From an uncultured Bdellovibrionales bacterium (GTDB lineage: Bacteria; Bdellovibrionota; Bdellovibrionia; Bdellovibrionales; JAMPXM01), in the NCBI GenBank assembly GCA_964543475.1, contig CAZIYJ010000004.1, positions 63,362 through 127,361 on the forward strand: DNA of 64,000 nucleotides, written 5' to 3'. Shown here in pieces: positions 55,385 through 64,000 of this stretch (position 1 is the first letter of the stretch; every line of letters starts with the position of its first letter). The translations under genes were made by a program, and so were the position numbers. Under the pieces are notes generated by a model. The model saw only the letters and a program-made list of their open reading frames with translations. It had not been told where the DNA came from and did no database searches.

Positions 55385-56995
55385 ATGAGCCCTTTTTCTC
55401 AAAGCAATTGCCCGTTCAGATACCTAGACCAAGGACGGGTCGTCATTAGTCGACTTGAAGCAAGTTATCCTATTGAATTAACAGGTTTTTTTGAAAGTCT
55501 TACAAGGTTGAACCAACTCTCAGCTTTACAGAGACTCGAACCGATAAGTTTACGTATGCCTAACGACACGATTTGGATAGAGAAATTCAAAATTTCAAGT
55601 GATCTGAAAGCTGACTTTGAGAAGTCGTCTTCGACCGACAAAAGCTTTTTAGTTTGGTGTCTTGAAAACGGTCACGTGAATGAAAACGAATACCTATCTT
55701 GGGCATCGCAAGAATTTCAACTGCCTGTTGTGAGCGCCGAATTTTTCGCAAACGAAGAAGCAAAACAAAAATGGCATTCGACTTGGGCTACTGCCCGTTC
55801 TCTTCATTCGTGGAATCCATCACTCCTTCCGCTCGATGAATCTGCCAGTGTAATTCGTGTTGGTTGCCTTGAAGTACCCGACTTAAAATTAGAAAAGTCG
55901 GTGGCCTATGTTCTGGCACCCTTAAGCGGAATGAAATCTTTTTGGACAGAGACATTGCCGGCTGTGCAAGAAGAGCCTGCGAGCATAGCTCCTGTGTTGC
56001 TAGATGTTGCGCCAATCGAAGAAGTTGCGCCAATTAGCGATGTTGCTACTCTCGAAGATGCAGTCTCTATTCCTAACGATCTTCCACCTCCACCTCCTCA
56101 AGAGTTCGATGCGAATTCCTTGATGGCAAACTGGGGATCAGACGAAGAAGAGTCAGAAGTTCAATCGGAACCTCTACCAGAAGAAGAAGATTTATCTGCG
56201 CAGATGCCAGAAGGTTTTGCGATGTCTGAAGGCTTTAGTGCCTCTGACATTCCGATCCCGACGATGATTGCGCCGATAGCTCCACCATTATCTTCTCCAG
56301 AACTTGCACCATTGTTTTCTTCGGAGCCTGCACCTTTGACTTCTCCGGAACCTATTCCGTTAGCACCTTCTATTCCACCGCCCTTAGCTGCGACGGCAGT
56401 AGTTGTTGAGCAAGCAGCCCCGAGTCCAACAATCATTGTTAAAGCAAAGCCGCCGATTCCACCTATGTCGCCACCAACTGGCAGACCAGCTGGTGACTTC
56501 ATTGGGATGATTGAACTTCGCAACTCAAAAGAAAAACTTGATGAGTGCCAAGATTTGTCTGAAGTTGCGGTGAATACTTTTTCGAAGATGAGTCGGTACT
56601 TTGATCGACATATGATTTTGCTATTGAAAGGCTTCGAGCTTCGCCCTCATATCTGGGCAGGAAACTGGAATCTTCGCTCGAATCGTCCAGCAGGAATTAA
56701 CCTGGATCAGCCAAGCATCTTTAGAGTTGTGTCGCGAACGAAACTTCCGTACCACGGCTACACAAAGCCTTCTGCTTGTAACGATATGTTCTTTGGTGAA
56801 TGGAGCAACGGTACTCCTCCGGCCCACGTTACCCTTGTACCCATCATGATTAAAGACCAATTGGTTGGAATGATCTTGGGAGCAACTGACGGCTCGCTCG
56901 ATCTAAAAGTGTCTTTAACAGATGCAGAGCGCTGGATAAGCGAGATCACGCCGCACATCAGTCGTACGAAGTCTCTCCCTCCAAAGGCCGCTTAG
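55385..56995 (+). CDS. hypothetical protein: T2SS-E N-terminal-like domain, Pro/Ala/Ser-rich linker, GAF-like C-terminal domain
   Basis: FLVWCLENGHVNENEYLSWASQEFQLPVV resembles GspE/PilB N domains. About 170 aa of P/A/S/E-rich linker with degenerate repeats (SPELAPLFS / SEPAPLT / SPEPIPLAP). C-terminal ...LVGMILGATDG. Start uncertain. Confidence 0.5.
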   Translation: MSPFSQSNCPFRYLDQGRVVISRLEASYPIELTGFFESLTRLNQLSALQRLEPISLRMPNDTIWIEKFKISSDLKADFEKSSSTDKSFLVWCLENGHVNENEYLSWASQEFQLPVVSAEFFANEEAKQKWHSTWATARSLHSWNPSLLPLDESASVIRVGCLEVPDLKLEKSVAYVLAPLSGMKSFWTETLPAVQEEPASIAPVLLDVAPIEEVAPISDVATLEDAVSIPNDLPPPPPQEFDANSLMANWGSDEEESEVQSEPLPEEEDLSAQMPEGFAMSEGFSASDIPIPTMIAPIAPPLSSPELAPLFSSEPAPLTSPEPIPLAPSIPPPLAATAVVVEQAAPSPTIIVKAKPPIPPMSPPTGRPAGDFIGMIELRNSKEKLDECQDLSEVAVNTFSKMSRYFDRHMILLLKGFELRPHIWAGNWNLRSNRPAGINLDQPSIFRVVSRTKLPYHGYTKPSACNDMFFGEWSNGTPPAHVTLVPIMIKDQLVGMILGATDGSLDLKVSLTDAERWISEITPHISRTKSLPPKAA

Positions 56996-57008
56996 GATTT
57001 TCTAAGCT

Positions 57009-57446
57009 TTATACAGTGACAATTATTTTGCGAGCGTCGGCTTCAACAAACGAGAAGTTGATTTTCACTTTTTTCCAGTTCCGAGGAAGCAAATTAGAAT
57101 CGATTTTTTCAGACCATTCCAAAATAATTAGACCGCTTGGTTGACTGAATAAATCCCAAAAGCCGGTCGACTCAAGATCATCATCCCCTTCGATTCTATA
57201 CAAATCGAGGTGATCAATTGAACGATCTCCTGCCGAATAATTATTGTGTATCGCAAACGATGGCGACGTAATGTTTTCCCCTCGGAAACTCGACACCAGC
57301 GCTCTTACAAATTCAGTTTTACCAACACCCATCGGACCCGAAAGTAAAACTACATCACGGCCCGATAAAACAGTCTTTACATAACTGACAACTATTTGGA
57401 GTTCCGCGACAGTGGAAATTTTAAAATCACGCGCTGAAGTTGCCAC
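57009..57446 (-). CDS. tsaE: tRNA t6A biosynthesis ATPase TsaE
   Basis: LSGPMGVGKTEFVRAL, SPSF, HLDLYR. Confidence 0.85.
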   Translation of the reverse strand: MATSARDFKISTVAELQIVVSYVKTVLSGRDVVLLSGPMGVGKTEFVRALVSSFRGENITSPSFAIHNNYSAGDRSIDHLDLYRIEGDDDLESTGFWDLFSQPSGLIILEWSEKIDSNLLPRNWKKVKINFSFVEADARKIIVTV

Positions 57447-57453
57447 GACTCAG

Positions 57454-58830
57454 CTAACTCAGTTCTTTTTCTAGAAGAGTTGCGACTTGTTCAGCATACT
57501 TGCCGATCAACATTCGATCTGGCCCCTCAACTAATACGCGAATAACCGGCTCAGTTCCCGAGAACCGAACAAAAATTCGCCCTTGGCCCGCAAGCTTCTT
57601 CTCGATTTGCTCAATGAGATCGTTGTAGCCAGCAATATTCTGAAGCTCTTCACGACGACGTACACGCGTGTTGATCAACACTTGTGGAACGTCTTGCATT
57701 TTCTCATTCAACTGACTGAGCGTCTGCCCAGTCCGTCGCATGACCGCCAGGACATTAAGTGCTGCAATACATCCATCGCCAGTTGTTGAATGCTCTCGGA
57801 AAATGATGTGACCCGACTGCTCACCACCAAGTACATATCCATTTTTTCGCATTTCTTCGACGACGTACTTATCGCCCACATCTGTGCGTACCACTTTGAT
57901 TCCGCTTTGTTTCATCAGAACATCGAGCCCGTAATTGCTCATCTGTGTCGCGACAACAGTGTCATTCGGTAAAGCACCCCGCCCCTTCAAATTGAGAGCG
58001 CATATCGCAAGAATATGATCGCCGTTAACGATATGACCTTTGTCATCGACCATCACAACGCGATCGGCATCGCCATCTAAACTGATTCCAACATCGGCGC
58101 GATATGTTTGAACCGCTTCTGCGACTTTTGCGGGATAAAGTGCGCCGGACTCATCGTTCACGTTGAATCCGTTTGGAGCATTACCCATAACGATGATGTC
58201 GGCCCCGAGCTCACTAAAAATTGCAGGAGCCACTTTGTAAGCCGCTCCATTTGCACAGTCTAAAACGATCCGCATTCCTTCGAGAGTATAATCTAACGGG
58301 AACGCATTCTTCGCATAGACGACGTAGCGTCCGCCCGCATCGTCGATCCGTTTACTTCGACCAATTTCATCGCTTTTAGCGAGAAGAGTGTTGAGATCGA
58401 CCTCGAATACGAGTCGCTCAATTTCTCGCTCCATTGAATCTGGAATTTTGTATCCATCTTGCCCGAAAATTTTAATGCCGTTATCCATGTAAGGATTATG
58501 AGAAGCCGAAATAACAATTCCGGCATCTGCACGCATGTTTCGAGTTAAAAAGCCGATGCCTGGAGTCGGCAGCGGCCCAACCAACTGCACATGCACACCC
58601 ATTGAATTGAGCCCGCTGGTCAGCGCCTGCTCGACCATGTAACCAGACAACCGAGTATCTTTTCCGATAACAACTTTTATAACTTTGTTTCTCGAAGGTG
58701 ACTTTGTGAGGATGTGACCCATCGCTTGCCCAACACGCATAACGAGCTCAGGCAGAATCGGAAAAGTGTTAGCCGTTCCGCGAATGCCGTCTGTACCGAA
58801 AAGTCTTTTTGCTTTTACCGAACTACTCAT
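57454..58830 (-). CDS. glmM: phosphoglucosamine mutase
   Basis: FGTDGIRG, SASHNP active-site Ser, DGDADR, GGEQSGH. Start set at ATG 58830 (MSSSVKAKRLFGTDG). Confidence 0.9.
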   Translation of the reverse strand: MSSSVKAKRLFGTDGIRGTANTFPILPELVMRVGQAMGHILTKSPSRNKVIKVVIGKDTRLSGYMVEQALTSGLNSMGVHVQLVGPLPTPGIGFLTRNMRADAGIVISASHNPYMDNGIKIFGQDGYKIPDSMEREIERLVFEVDLNTLLAKSDEIGRSKRIDDAGGRYVVYAKNAFPLDYTLEGMRIVLDCANGAAYKVAPAIFSELGADIIVMGNAPNGFNVNDESGALYPAKVAEAVQTYRADVGISLDGDADRVVMVDDKGHIVNGDHILAICALNLKGRGALPNDTVVATQMSNYGLDVLMKQSGIKVVRTDVGDKYVVEEMRKNGYVLGGEQSGHIIFREHSTTGDGCIAALNVLAVMRRTGQTLSQLNEKMQDVPQVLINTRVRRREELQNIAGYNDLIEQIEKKLAGQGRIFVRFSGTEPVIRVLVEGPDRMLIGKYAEQVATLLEKELS

Positions 58831-58840
58831 ACTGAATGAC

Positions 58841-59260
58841 TCATTCTGGATTTCCTGTCGGGACGAGAGTGACTTGAATGACATCAGGAGCAACCGAAAT
58901 CACTTTCACGCCAAAGGGAACTTCAACGTTACGAGGAGTAATTGCCGCCTTGTTTGCGCCCTGCTTGCTTTGCCCAAGATCAATAGTGATCGCACCTGGA
59001 TTTTGTCCGAATTTTTTTAAAGCTGTGCGAGGCCCCGAAACTTTCACCGTTACTTTTCGGCTGATTTGCTCAGAAATGACCAAATTCTTTGGAAGCAAGA
59101 ACTCAAGATCGACTTCTTTACTAAGAACAAAATCGCGGCGACCTAAAATGGTGACCCACAAAATTAAAGTCACAAAGAGAGCGACAAGCTTGTAGCTTCC
59201 GTTCTCTAAAATCCATGACTTCCATTCTGACTTCGCTCGCTGATTTGGCATTCTCTTCAA
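58841..59260 (-). CDS. cdaR: short YbbR-like CdaA regulator
   Basis: N-terminal TM plus one YbbR-like beta repeat. Canonical position between cdaA and glmM. Confidence 0.6.
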   Translation of the reverse strand: MKRMPNQRAKSEWKSWILENGSYKLVALFVTLILWVTILGRRDFVLSKEVDLEFLLPKNLVISEQISRKVTVKVSGPRTALKKFGQNPGAITIDLGQSKQGANKAAITPRNVEVPFGVKVISVAPDVIQVTLVPTGNPE

Positions 59261-59273
59261 ATTCCCTTTTGTT

Positions 59274-60071
59274 CTAAGTCGTCAGTGGTCTGTACTTCAA
59301 CCCATAGGCATCATACAGCGCTTTTCGCAACATTGAGTGATCCATGTTGGCAGTCATCTGACCACCTTCCACAATCCCTACCGATTTAGTTTCTTCGCTC
59401 ACGACGATCACTAAAGTATCGGTCTCTTCAGTTAATCCAAATGCGGCTCTGTGACGAGTTCCGAGGTTTTTATCGAGAGCCGGATTTTTTGAAAGTGGGA
59501 GGAAGCAGCCAGCAGCAAAAATTCGGCCGCCACGAATGATGACAGCGCCATCATGTAATGGACTCGTCGGCTGAAAGATCGATGAGATCAGTTCTCCGCT
59601 CACTGCAGAATCAATCTCTGTTCCCATTTCGATAAAGTACTCTAAGTTGATTTCTTTTTCGATAACGATCAAAGCGCCGTTACCACGTTGTGCAATTTGC
59701 AGAGCACCCTTCGCAATCTCTTCGATCACTTGAGTTTCCTGCACATGAGAAGCTCCGGTAAAAAATGGATTACTCCCGATGTGCGCAAGGGCCCTACGAA
59801 TTTCACCCTGGAATAAGATAACGACGATAAGGAATAAGTTGTTGAAGAACTTTTCGAGAATCCAATTGAAGGTGAATAACTCAAACCAAATACTCATCAG
59901 ATAAGCGATCGCAAGAACGCCTAATCCTGAAAGCATTTGAACTGTACCGGTGTGGCGAATAAGAATTAAGACCCGATAAACGACTGTCCAAACGAGGAGC
60001 ATGTCTATCAGGTCGAGCACTCTGAGTTGCGTTACTATGAAGCTTAGGTTTTCAAATATGGTCGAGAACAT
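59274..60071 (-). CDS. cdaA: diadenylate cyclase CdaA
   Basis: Three N-terminal TM helices. DAC domain motifs GALIVIE, LHDGAVII, GTRHRAA. Confidence 0.9.
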   Translation of the reverse strand: MFSTIFENLSFIVTQLRVLDLIDMLLVWTVVYRVLILIRHTGTVQMLSGLGVLAIAYLMSIWFELFTFNWILEKFFNNLFLIVVILFQGEIRRALAHIGSNPFFTGASHVQETQVIEEIAKGALQIAQRGNGALIVIEKEINLEYFIEMGTEIDSAVSGELISSIFQPTSPLHDGAVIIRGGRIFAAGCFLPLSKNPALDKNLGTRHRAAFGLTEETDTLVIVVSEETKSVGIVEGGQMTANMDHSMLRKALYDAYGLKYRPLTT

Positions 60072-60078
60072 CCGCCCT

Positions 60079-62088
60079 TTAAGCTGTTACAGGACCTGAA
60101 CTTCCAACAGGATCATCCCCGCCAGTTTTCTGTCCCTCATCTGCCTTTACATCTTTTTTACCAGAAGCCTGATCTTTCGCCATCTCTGTTTCTTTAATTC
60201 CGCGCTCTCTCTTAATATCATCGAGAGTTGCACCTTTACAGAGCATATCTACTTCAGCGCCATCGATAGTTTCGAACAATACAAGCGCATCCGCCATCAT
60301 TTTAAGCGCCGGGCGGTTATCTTGGAGGATTTTTACCGCTCGTTGGTGGCCAGCAGTAACTATCGAGAAGACTTCAGCGTCGATCTCTTCTGACTTCGCT
60401 TCTGAATAATTATTAGACGACTGAGACATTCCGAGGAAGTTGTTACCTTCCTTTTTCTCCCAGGCAAGAGGGCCAAGTTTCTCGCTCATGCCCCACTCAC
60501 AAACCATACTTCGAGCGATTCCAGTGGCACGTTCGATATCGTTACCGGCACCTGTTGTCACTTCGTTGTAAATGATCTCTTCGGCCGCACGTCCACCGAA
60601 CAAGAAGGCGATCATGTCTTGAGCCGCAGTTCTTGTTAAATTGAGCTTGTCTTTCTCTGGCAGAATTTGCGTAAGGCCTAGTGCCATCCCGCGAGGGATG
60701 ATCGTTACTTTGTGAATTGGATCTGTTCCAGGAATCATACGACCGACAATCGCGTGACCCGCTTCGTGATATGCTGTGATGAGCTTATCTTCTTCACTGA
60801 TCACCATTGAACGGCGCTCAGTACCCATCATCACTTTATCTTTAGCTTCTTCGAAATTCTTTTGCGTGAGCTTGTTTTGATCGCGGCGAGCAGCGATCAA
60901 GGCAGCTTCATTTACCAAATTCTCGAGATCCGCACCTGTGAAGCCCGGAGTTCCTCGCGCAATTTTTTCTAAGTTCACATCGTTAGCTAAAGGAGTTTTG
61001 CGAACATGGACGCCTAAGATTTTCTGGCGGCCATTTAAGTCTGGCTTGTTCACGATCACGCGTCGATCGAAACGACCTGGACGCAATAATGCTGGATCAA
61101 GAACGTCAGGACGGTTTGTCGCTGCGATCAAGATGACACCTTCGTTTGATTCAAAACCATCCATCTCAACTAGTAACTGATTGAGAGTCTGTTCGCGCTC
61201 ATCATGTCCACCACCCATACCGGCGCCACGATGGCGACCGACAGCATCGATCTCATCGATGAAGATCAAGCACGGTGCGTTTCGTTTACCTTGTTCAAAT
61301 AGATCTCGAACTCGGCTTGCACCTACGCCCACGAACATTTCAACGAAGTCAGAACCAGAAATACTAAAGAACGGAACACCCGCTTCACCGGCAATCGCTC
61401 TTGCAAGCAATGTTTTTCCGGTACCTGGAGAACCCGCGAGCAAGACACCCTTTGGAATACGACCACCAAGGCGAGTAAACTTTTTTGGATCTTTTAGAAA
61501 CTGAACAATTTCATTCAATTCATCTTTTGCTTCTTCAATACCAGCAACGTCTTGGAATGTGACTTTATTTTTGTTCTCTGTCAGAAGCTTCGCGCGACTT
61601 TTGCCAAAGCTCATCGCTTTGCCGCCACCCGACTGAATCTGTCGCATGATAAACATAAACATTAAGACGATGAGGATCAGCGGCAACCATTGAAGAACTA
61701 AAGTCTGCAGCAATCCTGCGTTCTCGCTGTCTTCGTAAGTCACTTTGGTTTGCGCGTTTCCTGCTTCTTTTGCATCAACGATACGTTGATCGATACGATC
61801 GCCGCTTGGACCTTTAACGATGAAATTGAGAGCTCCGTTGAATTGATCTTTAAATTCAGGTGCGATCTCGCCTTTAACTTCGCGAGTATCTAAATTGACG
61901 ACAACGCTTTTAACTTTATTGTCTTTTACTGCAGCTACGACACCATCAAAATCGAGGTTGCTAATGACTCGCTGACGGCGCTGCTCGTACATCTGAAAAA
62001 CAATAATGCCGACGACTATTAGTACTGCCCATAGCGCAAACGTCTTGTGCGTAGATTTCATTTCACTCCCCTTATTCTCAACCGCCAT
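60079..62088 (-). CDS. ftsH: ATP-dependent zinc metalloprotease FtsH
   Basis: AAA+ [21 protein letters not shown]; HEAGH zinc site. Confidence 0.95.
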   Translation of the reverse strand: MAVENKGSEMKSTHKTFALWAVLIVVGIIVFQMYEQRRQRVISNLDFDGVVAAVKDNKVKSVVVNLDTREVKGEIAPEFKDQFNGALNFIVKGPSGDRIDQRIVDAKEAGNAQTKVTYEDSENAGLLQTLVLQWLPLILIVLMFMFIMRQIQSGGGKAMSFGKSRAKLLTENKNKVTFQDVAGIEEAKDELNEIVQFLKDPKKFTRLGGRIPKGVLLAGSPGTGKTLLARAIAGEAGVPFFSISGSDFVEMFVGVGASRVRDLFEQGKRNAPCLIFIDEIDAVGRHRGAGMGGGHDEREQTLNQLLVEMDGFESNEGVILIAATNRPDVLDPALLRPGRFDRRVIVNKPDLNGRQKILGVHVRKTPLANDVNLEKIARGTPGFTGADLENLVNEAALIAARRDQNKLTQKNFEEAKDKVMMGTERRSMVISEEDKLITAYHEAGHAIVGRMIPGTDPIHKVTIIPRGMALGLTQILPEKDKLNLTRTAAQDMIAFLFGGRAAEEIIYNEVTTGAGNDIERATGIARSMVCEWGMSEKLGPLAWEKKEGNNFLGMSQSSNNYSEAKSEEIDAEVFSIVTAGHQRAVKILQDNRPALKMMADALVLFETIDGAEVDMLCKGATLDDIKRERGIKETEMAKDQASGKKDVKADEGQKTGGDDPVGSSGPVTA

Positions 62089-62136
62089 ATCGCCAGTCGA
62101 AATACTTTCACTAGGTTAACATGTGCTGGGCAGCTG

Positions 62137-63108
62137 TCACAAACGGACGGCCTCGATTTGCTCTGCGTTAACCCGCCACTCAAAGCCACCCACTGAGAAC
62201 GTCAACTTTCGACGTTTTGCAGACTGCGGGCTGCTTAAGCGTTTTAAAATTTCGTCGATTTGTCTGCGACTAAAGTCTCGTGCGCCCTGCTCAAGTAACA
62301 ACCGTGCCACAAGTTCTCGCTTTTGTATCACATTCAGCAAAGAAAATTCATTTCGCTTAATTGCCTCAAGCTTCGGCCGATTTAAATCTGCAGCACTTTG
62401 AGAAAGCGACTCGCTGATCTGCTCAAGTGAGCGGCCAAGGGCAAGCTTTGAACCTAAACGTTTGATCTCGAGCATGGGAAGCCAAGTGTTTCGAATCCAA
62501 TTCCGAAAATATTGATCCTCTTGATTAGTTGGGTCAGTCACCCATTTCAAATTCTGTTGAACAGCATATTTGTCGAGTTCTTCAGGAGTCCTATTTAGTA
62601 ACGGACGAAGCTTGTTCCCATGAGCCAAGTTCATGGCTTTCAAACCTTGCGCACCAGTGCCACGGATAAGACGAATTAATCTTGTCTCGAGCAAATCACC
62701 TGAGTGGTGAGCAAAGACGAGCCAGCTGCAATTAGCCTTCTTCCGACAATTCTCAAGAAGACCTTCACGAACTTTTCTGAATTCGGCTTCGCTTTTGAGT
62801 TCAGCTCCCGAGTGTTTTAACAAGTGAAAATCAAGGCCACGAAGCTCGGACTGTTTTTTTGCAAAATTCGCAGCTTTATTTCGGTAGGCATTTACGGATT
62901 TCACTGAAGAGGCACCATGATGGACGTGCGCGACTACGAGTTCAAATTTCAATCGAACTTTAAGAGCCGTAAGTGCGTTGAGTAAAACGATCGAATCTTT
63001 GCCGCCAGAAAACGCGATCAAAAGACGCTCGTTAGACCAGTCGGTTTTTACGCCTGTGAGGCGCCTGAGGGTCTCGAATTCGAAGGGCAAAACGCGCGTT
63101 TTAAGCAT
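62137..63108 (-). CDS. tilS: tRNA(Ile)-lysidine synthase
   Basis: PP-loop AFSGGKDS, HVHHG, AHHSGD..ET. Confidence 0.85.
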   Translation of the reverse strand: MLKTRVLPFEFETLRRLTGVKTDWSNERLLIAFSGGKDSIVLLNALTALKVRLKFELVVAHVHHGASSVKSVNAYRNKAANFAKKQSELRGLDFHLLKHSGAELKSEAEFRKVREGLLENCRKKANCSWLVFAHHSGDLLETRLIRLIRGTGAQGLKAMNLAHGNKLRPLLNRTPEELDKYAVQQNLKWVTDPTNQEDQYFRNWIRNTWLPMLEIKRLGSKLALGRSLEQISESLSQSAADLNRPKLEAIKRNEFSLLNVIQKRELVARLLLEQGARDFSRRQIDEILKRLSSPQSAKRRKLTFSVGGFEWRVNAEQIEAVRL

Positions 63109-63288
63109 TGGTTAATCGTACCTTTTAGCCGGCAAATGTCACTGGTGTATGCTCTGTTTACATCGATATCTTCACACTTAGGCCCCAAGTATAAGTGAAA
63201 GCTTCAGAAACCACCCTATCGTGGCGTGATCTTTGCTTTTTTCTCTGTCTGTCCGTACTGTATTAATAGGCAGGAGCTCGAGGCAACG

Positions 63289-64000
63289 ATGATCAAAGCT
63301 AGTGTTATTTCTCTTATTTTTAGCGCCTCACTTGTGACTTTGGTTGCAACGACATCCTTTGCTGCCGATGCCGAAAATCCGCAGGACATGAAGCCTTCTG
63401 TAGCGAACAAACGACTTGTGATTTCTAAACTCAAATCAATTCAGTCAAAACAAGTAGAGTTAATTGGCTCGATCGACGAGAAACTTAAGAGCAAACTTAA
63501 AGATACTCAGAGCTTAAGAGTGACTGACGATACTATCGGTTCAGAACTTCGCATGAGTCGCTTGCAAGATAGCATGGAGCTTTTTGATCAAAAACGCCGC
63601 GAGGCACTTGAGCGCTCGCAGTTTGTTGACCGATTAGTATTTGCTGTTGATACAAAGTGGACCAAAGATTCTATCAAAACTTTTTTGGAGCAAACTCTTC
63701 TTGATATCGCTTCGGCTGAAATGAATCAGACTGATTCACGAAGTGCCACTTCTATCTGGAAATTCGCAACTTACCTCTCTGTAGCAATTCGCGAAATATC
63801 GGAGCCACGAGAAGACTTAATTTCATTCATCGATAACTATATGGAATTCTCTGGTGTGCTTGCGCCAAAACCTCCAACGGCATTTGCGCAGGCGCGCAGC
63901 TACACTAATGGAGTCACCTCAGAGTCGGCAAGAGTGGCCAACCGAGAAAATTTAGGCGATGGAATTGAAAAGAAAGTAAAAACACTAAGTAAAGACGAGC
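63289..64000 (+). CDS. hypothetical secreted protein, 3' end cut by window edge (absent from the ORF track)
   Basis: ATG 63289 lies 12 nt after AGGAG. Signal peptide MIKASVISLIFSASLVTLVATTSFA/ADA. I translated the frame to nt 64000 and found no stop. Confidence 0.6.
   Translation, partial: MIKASVISLIFSASLVTLVATTSFAADAENPQDMKPSVANKRLVISKLKSIQSKQVELIGSIDEKLKSKLKDTQSLRVTDDTIGSELRMSRLQDSMELFDQKRREALERSQFVDRLVFAVDTKWTKDSIKTFLEQTLLDIASAEMNQTDSRSATSIWKFATYLSVAIREISEPREDLISFIDNYMEFSGVLAPKPPTAFAQARSYTNGVTSESARVANRENLGDGIEKKVKTLSKDE

Noticed and set aside
63216-63434. Listed 72-aa minus-strand ORF
   Set aside because: It overlaps a longer plus-strand ORF with an SD and a signal peptide. No start context and no recognisable features.
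1-64000. CRISPR arrays, long tandem repeats, rRNA/tRNA genes
   Set aside because: By-eye inspection of every intergenic gap (the largest are about 120-400 bp) showed only 2-copy short repeats. This is not an exhaustive computational scan.

Overview
Dense, mostly core-chromosomal window with about 70 protein-coding genes. I recognised no rRNA, tRNA or CRISPR array by eye. Gene content suggests a Bdellovibrio-like Gram-negative; this is inference only. The supporting content is TolC, Mla/Lol, LPS-core waaA and a GT9 heptosyltransferase, cdaA-cdaR-glmM, and many peptidoglycan-peptide and D-amino-acid enzymes. Landmarks, left to right: (1) a 5'-truncated TolC-like gene, a purple-acid-phosphatase-like lipoprotein and a PepSY/cytochrome b561 pair. 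(2) A translationally coupled rsmG / JmjC-cupin / AlkP-family / DUF4010 string. (3) A two-component cluster at 9.3-14.9 kb: CheY-like regulator, 1129-aa PAS/GAF hybrid kinase, ycjG L-Ala-D/L-Glu epimerase, and an OmpR-type regulator lacking the phospho-acceptor Asp. (4) An orphan FliG-like protein, yafJ, and a dadA + 2OG-oxygenase pair. (5) A LysR/YceI divergon, M15 and M23 peptidases, and an EEP nuclease. (6) An Mla-like operon whose ATPase has degenerate catalytic motifs, followed by a LolC/E permease. (7) A divergent pair of paralogous XRE regulators next to the LPS-core genes. (8) A long minus-strand housekeeping string: tilS-ftsH-cdaA-cdaR-glmM-tsaE, then iscS-mnmA-mtaB-rnc-era-der-NSS transporter-OMP. 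I found no recognisable defence or CRISPR-type system. The most unusual locus is 42.7-45.8 kb: a secreted protein ending in a 44-residue Tyr/Trp/Asn tail, an S8 subtilase, and an IS200/RAYT-like HUH gene flanked by hairpins. All family calls rest on motif and overall-similarity recognition from the translations; no database search was run.
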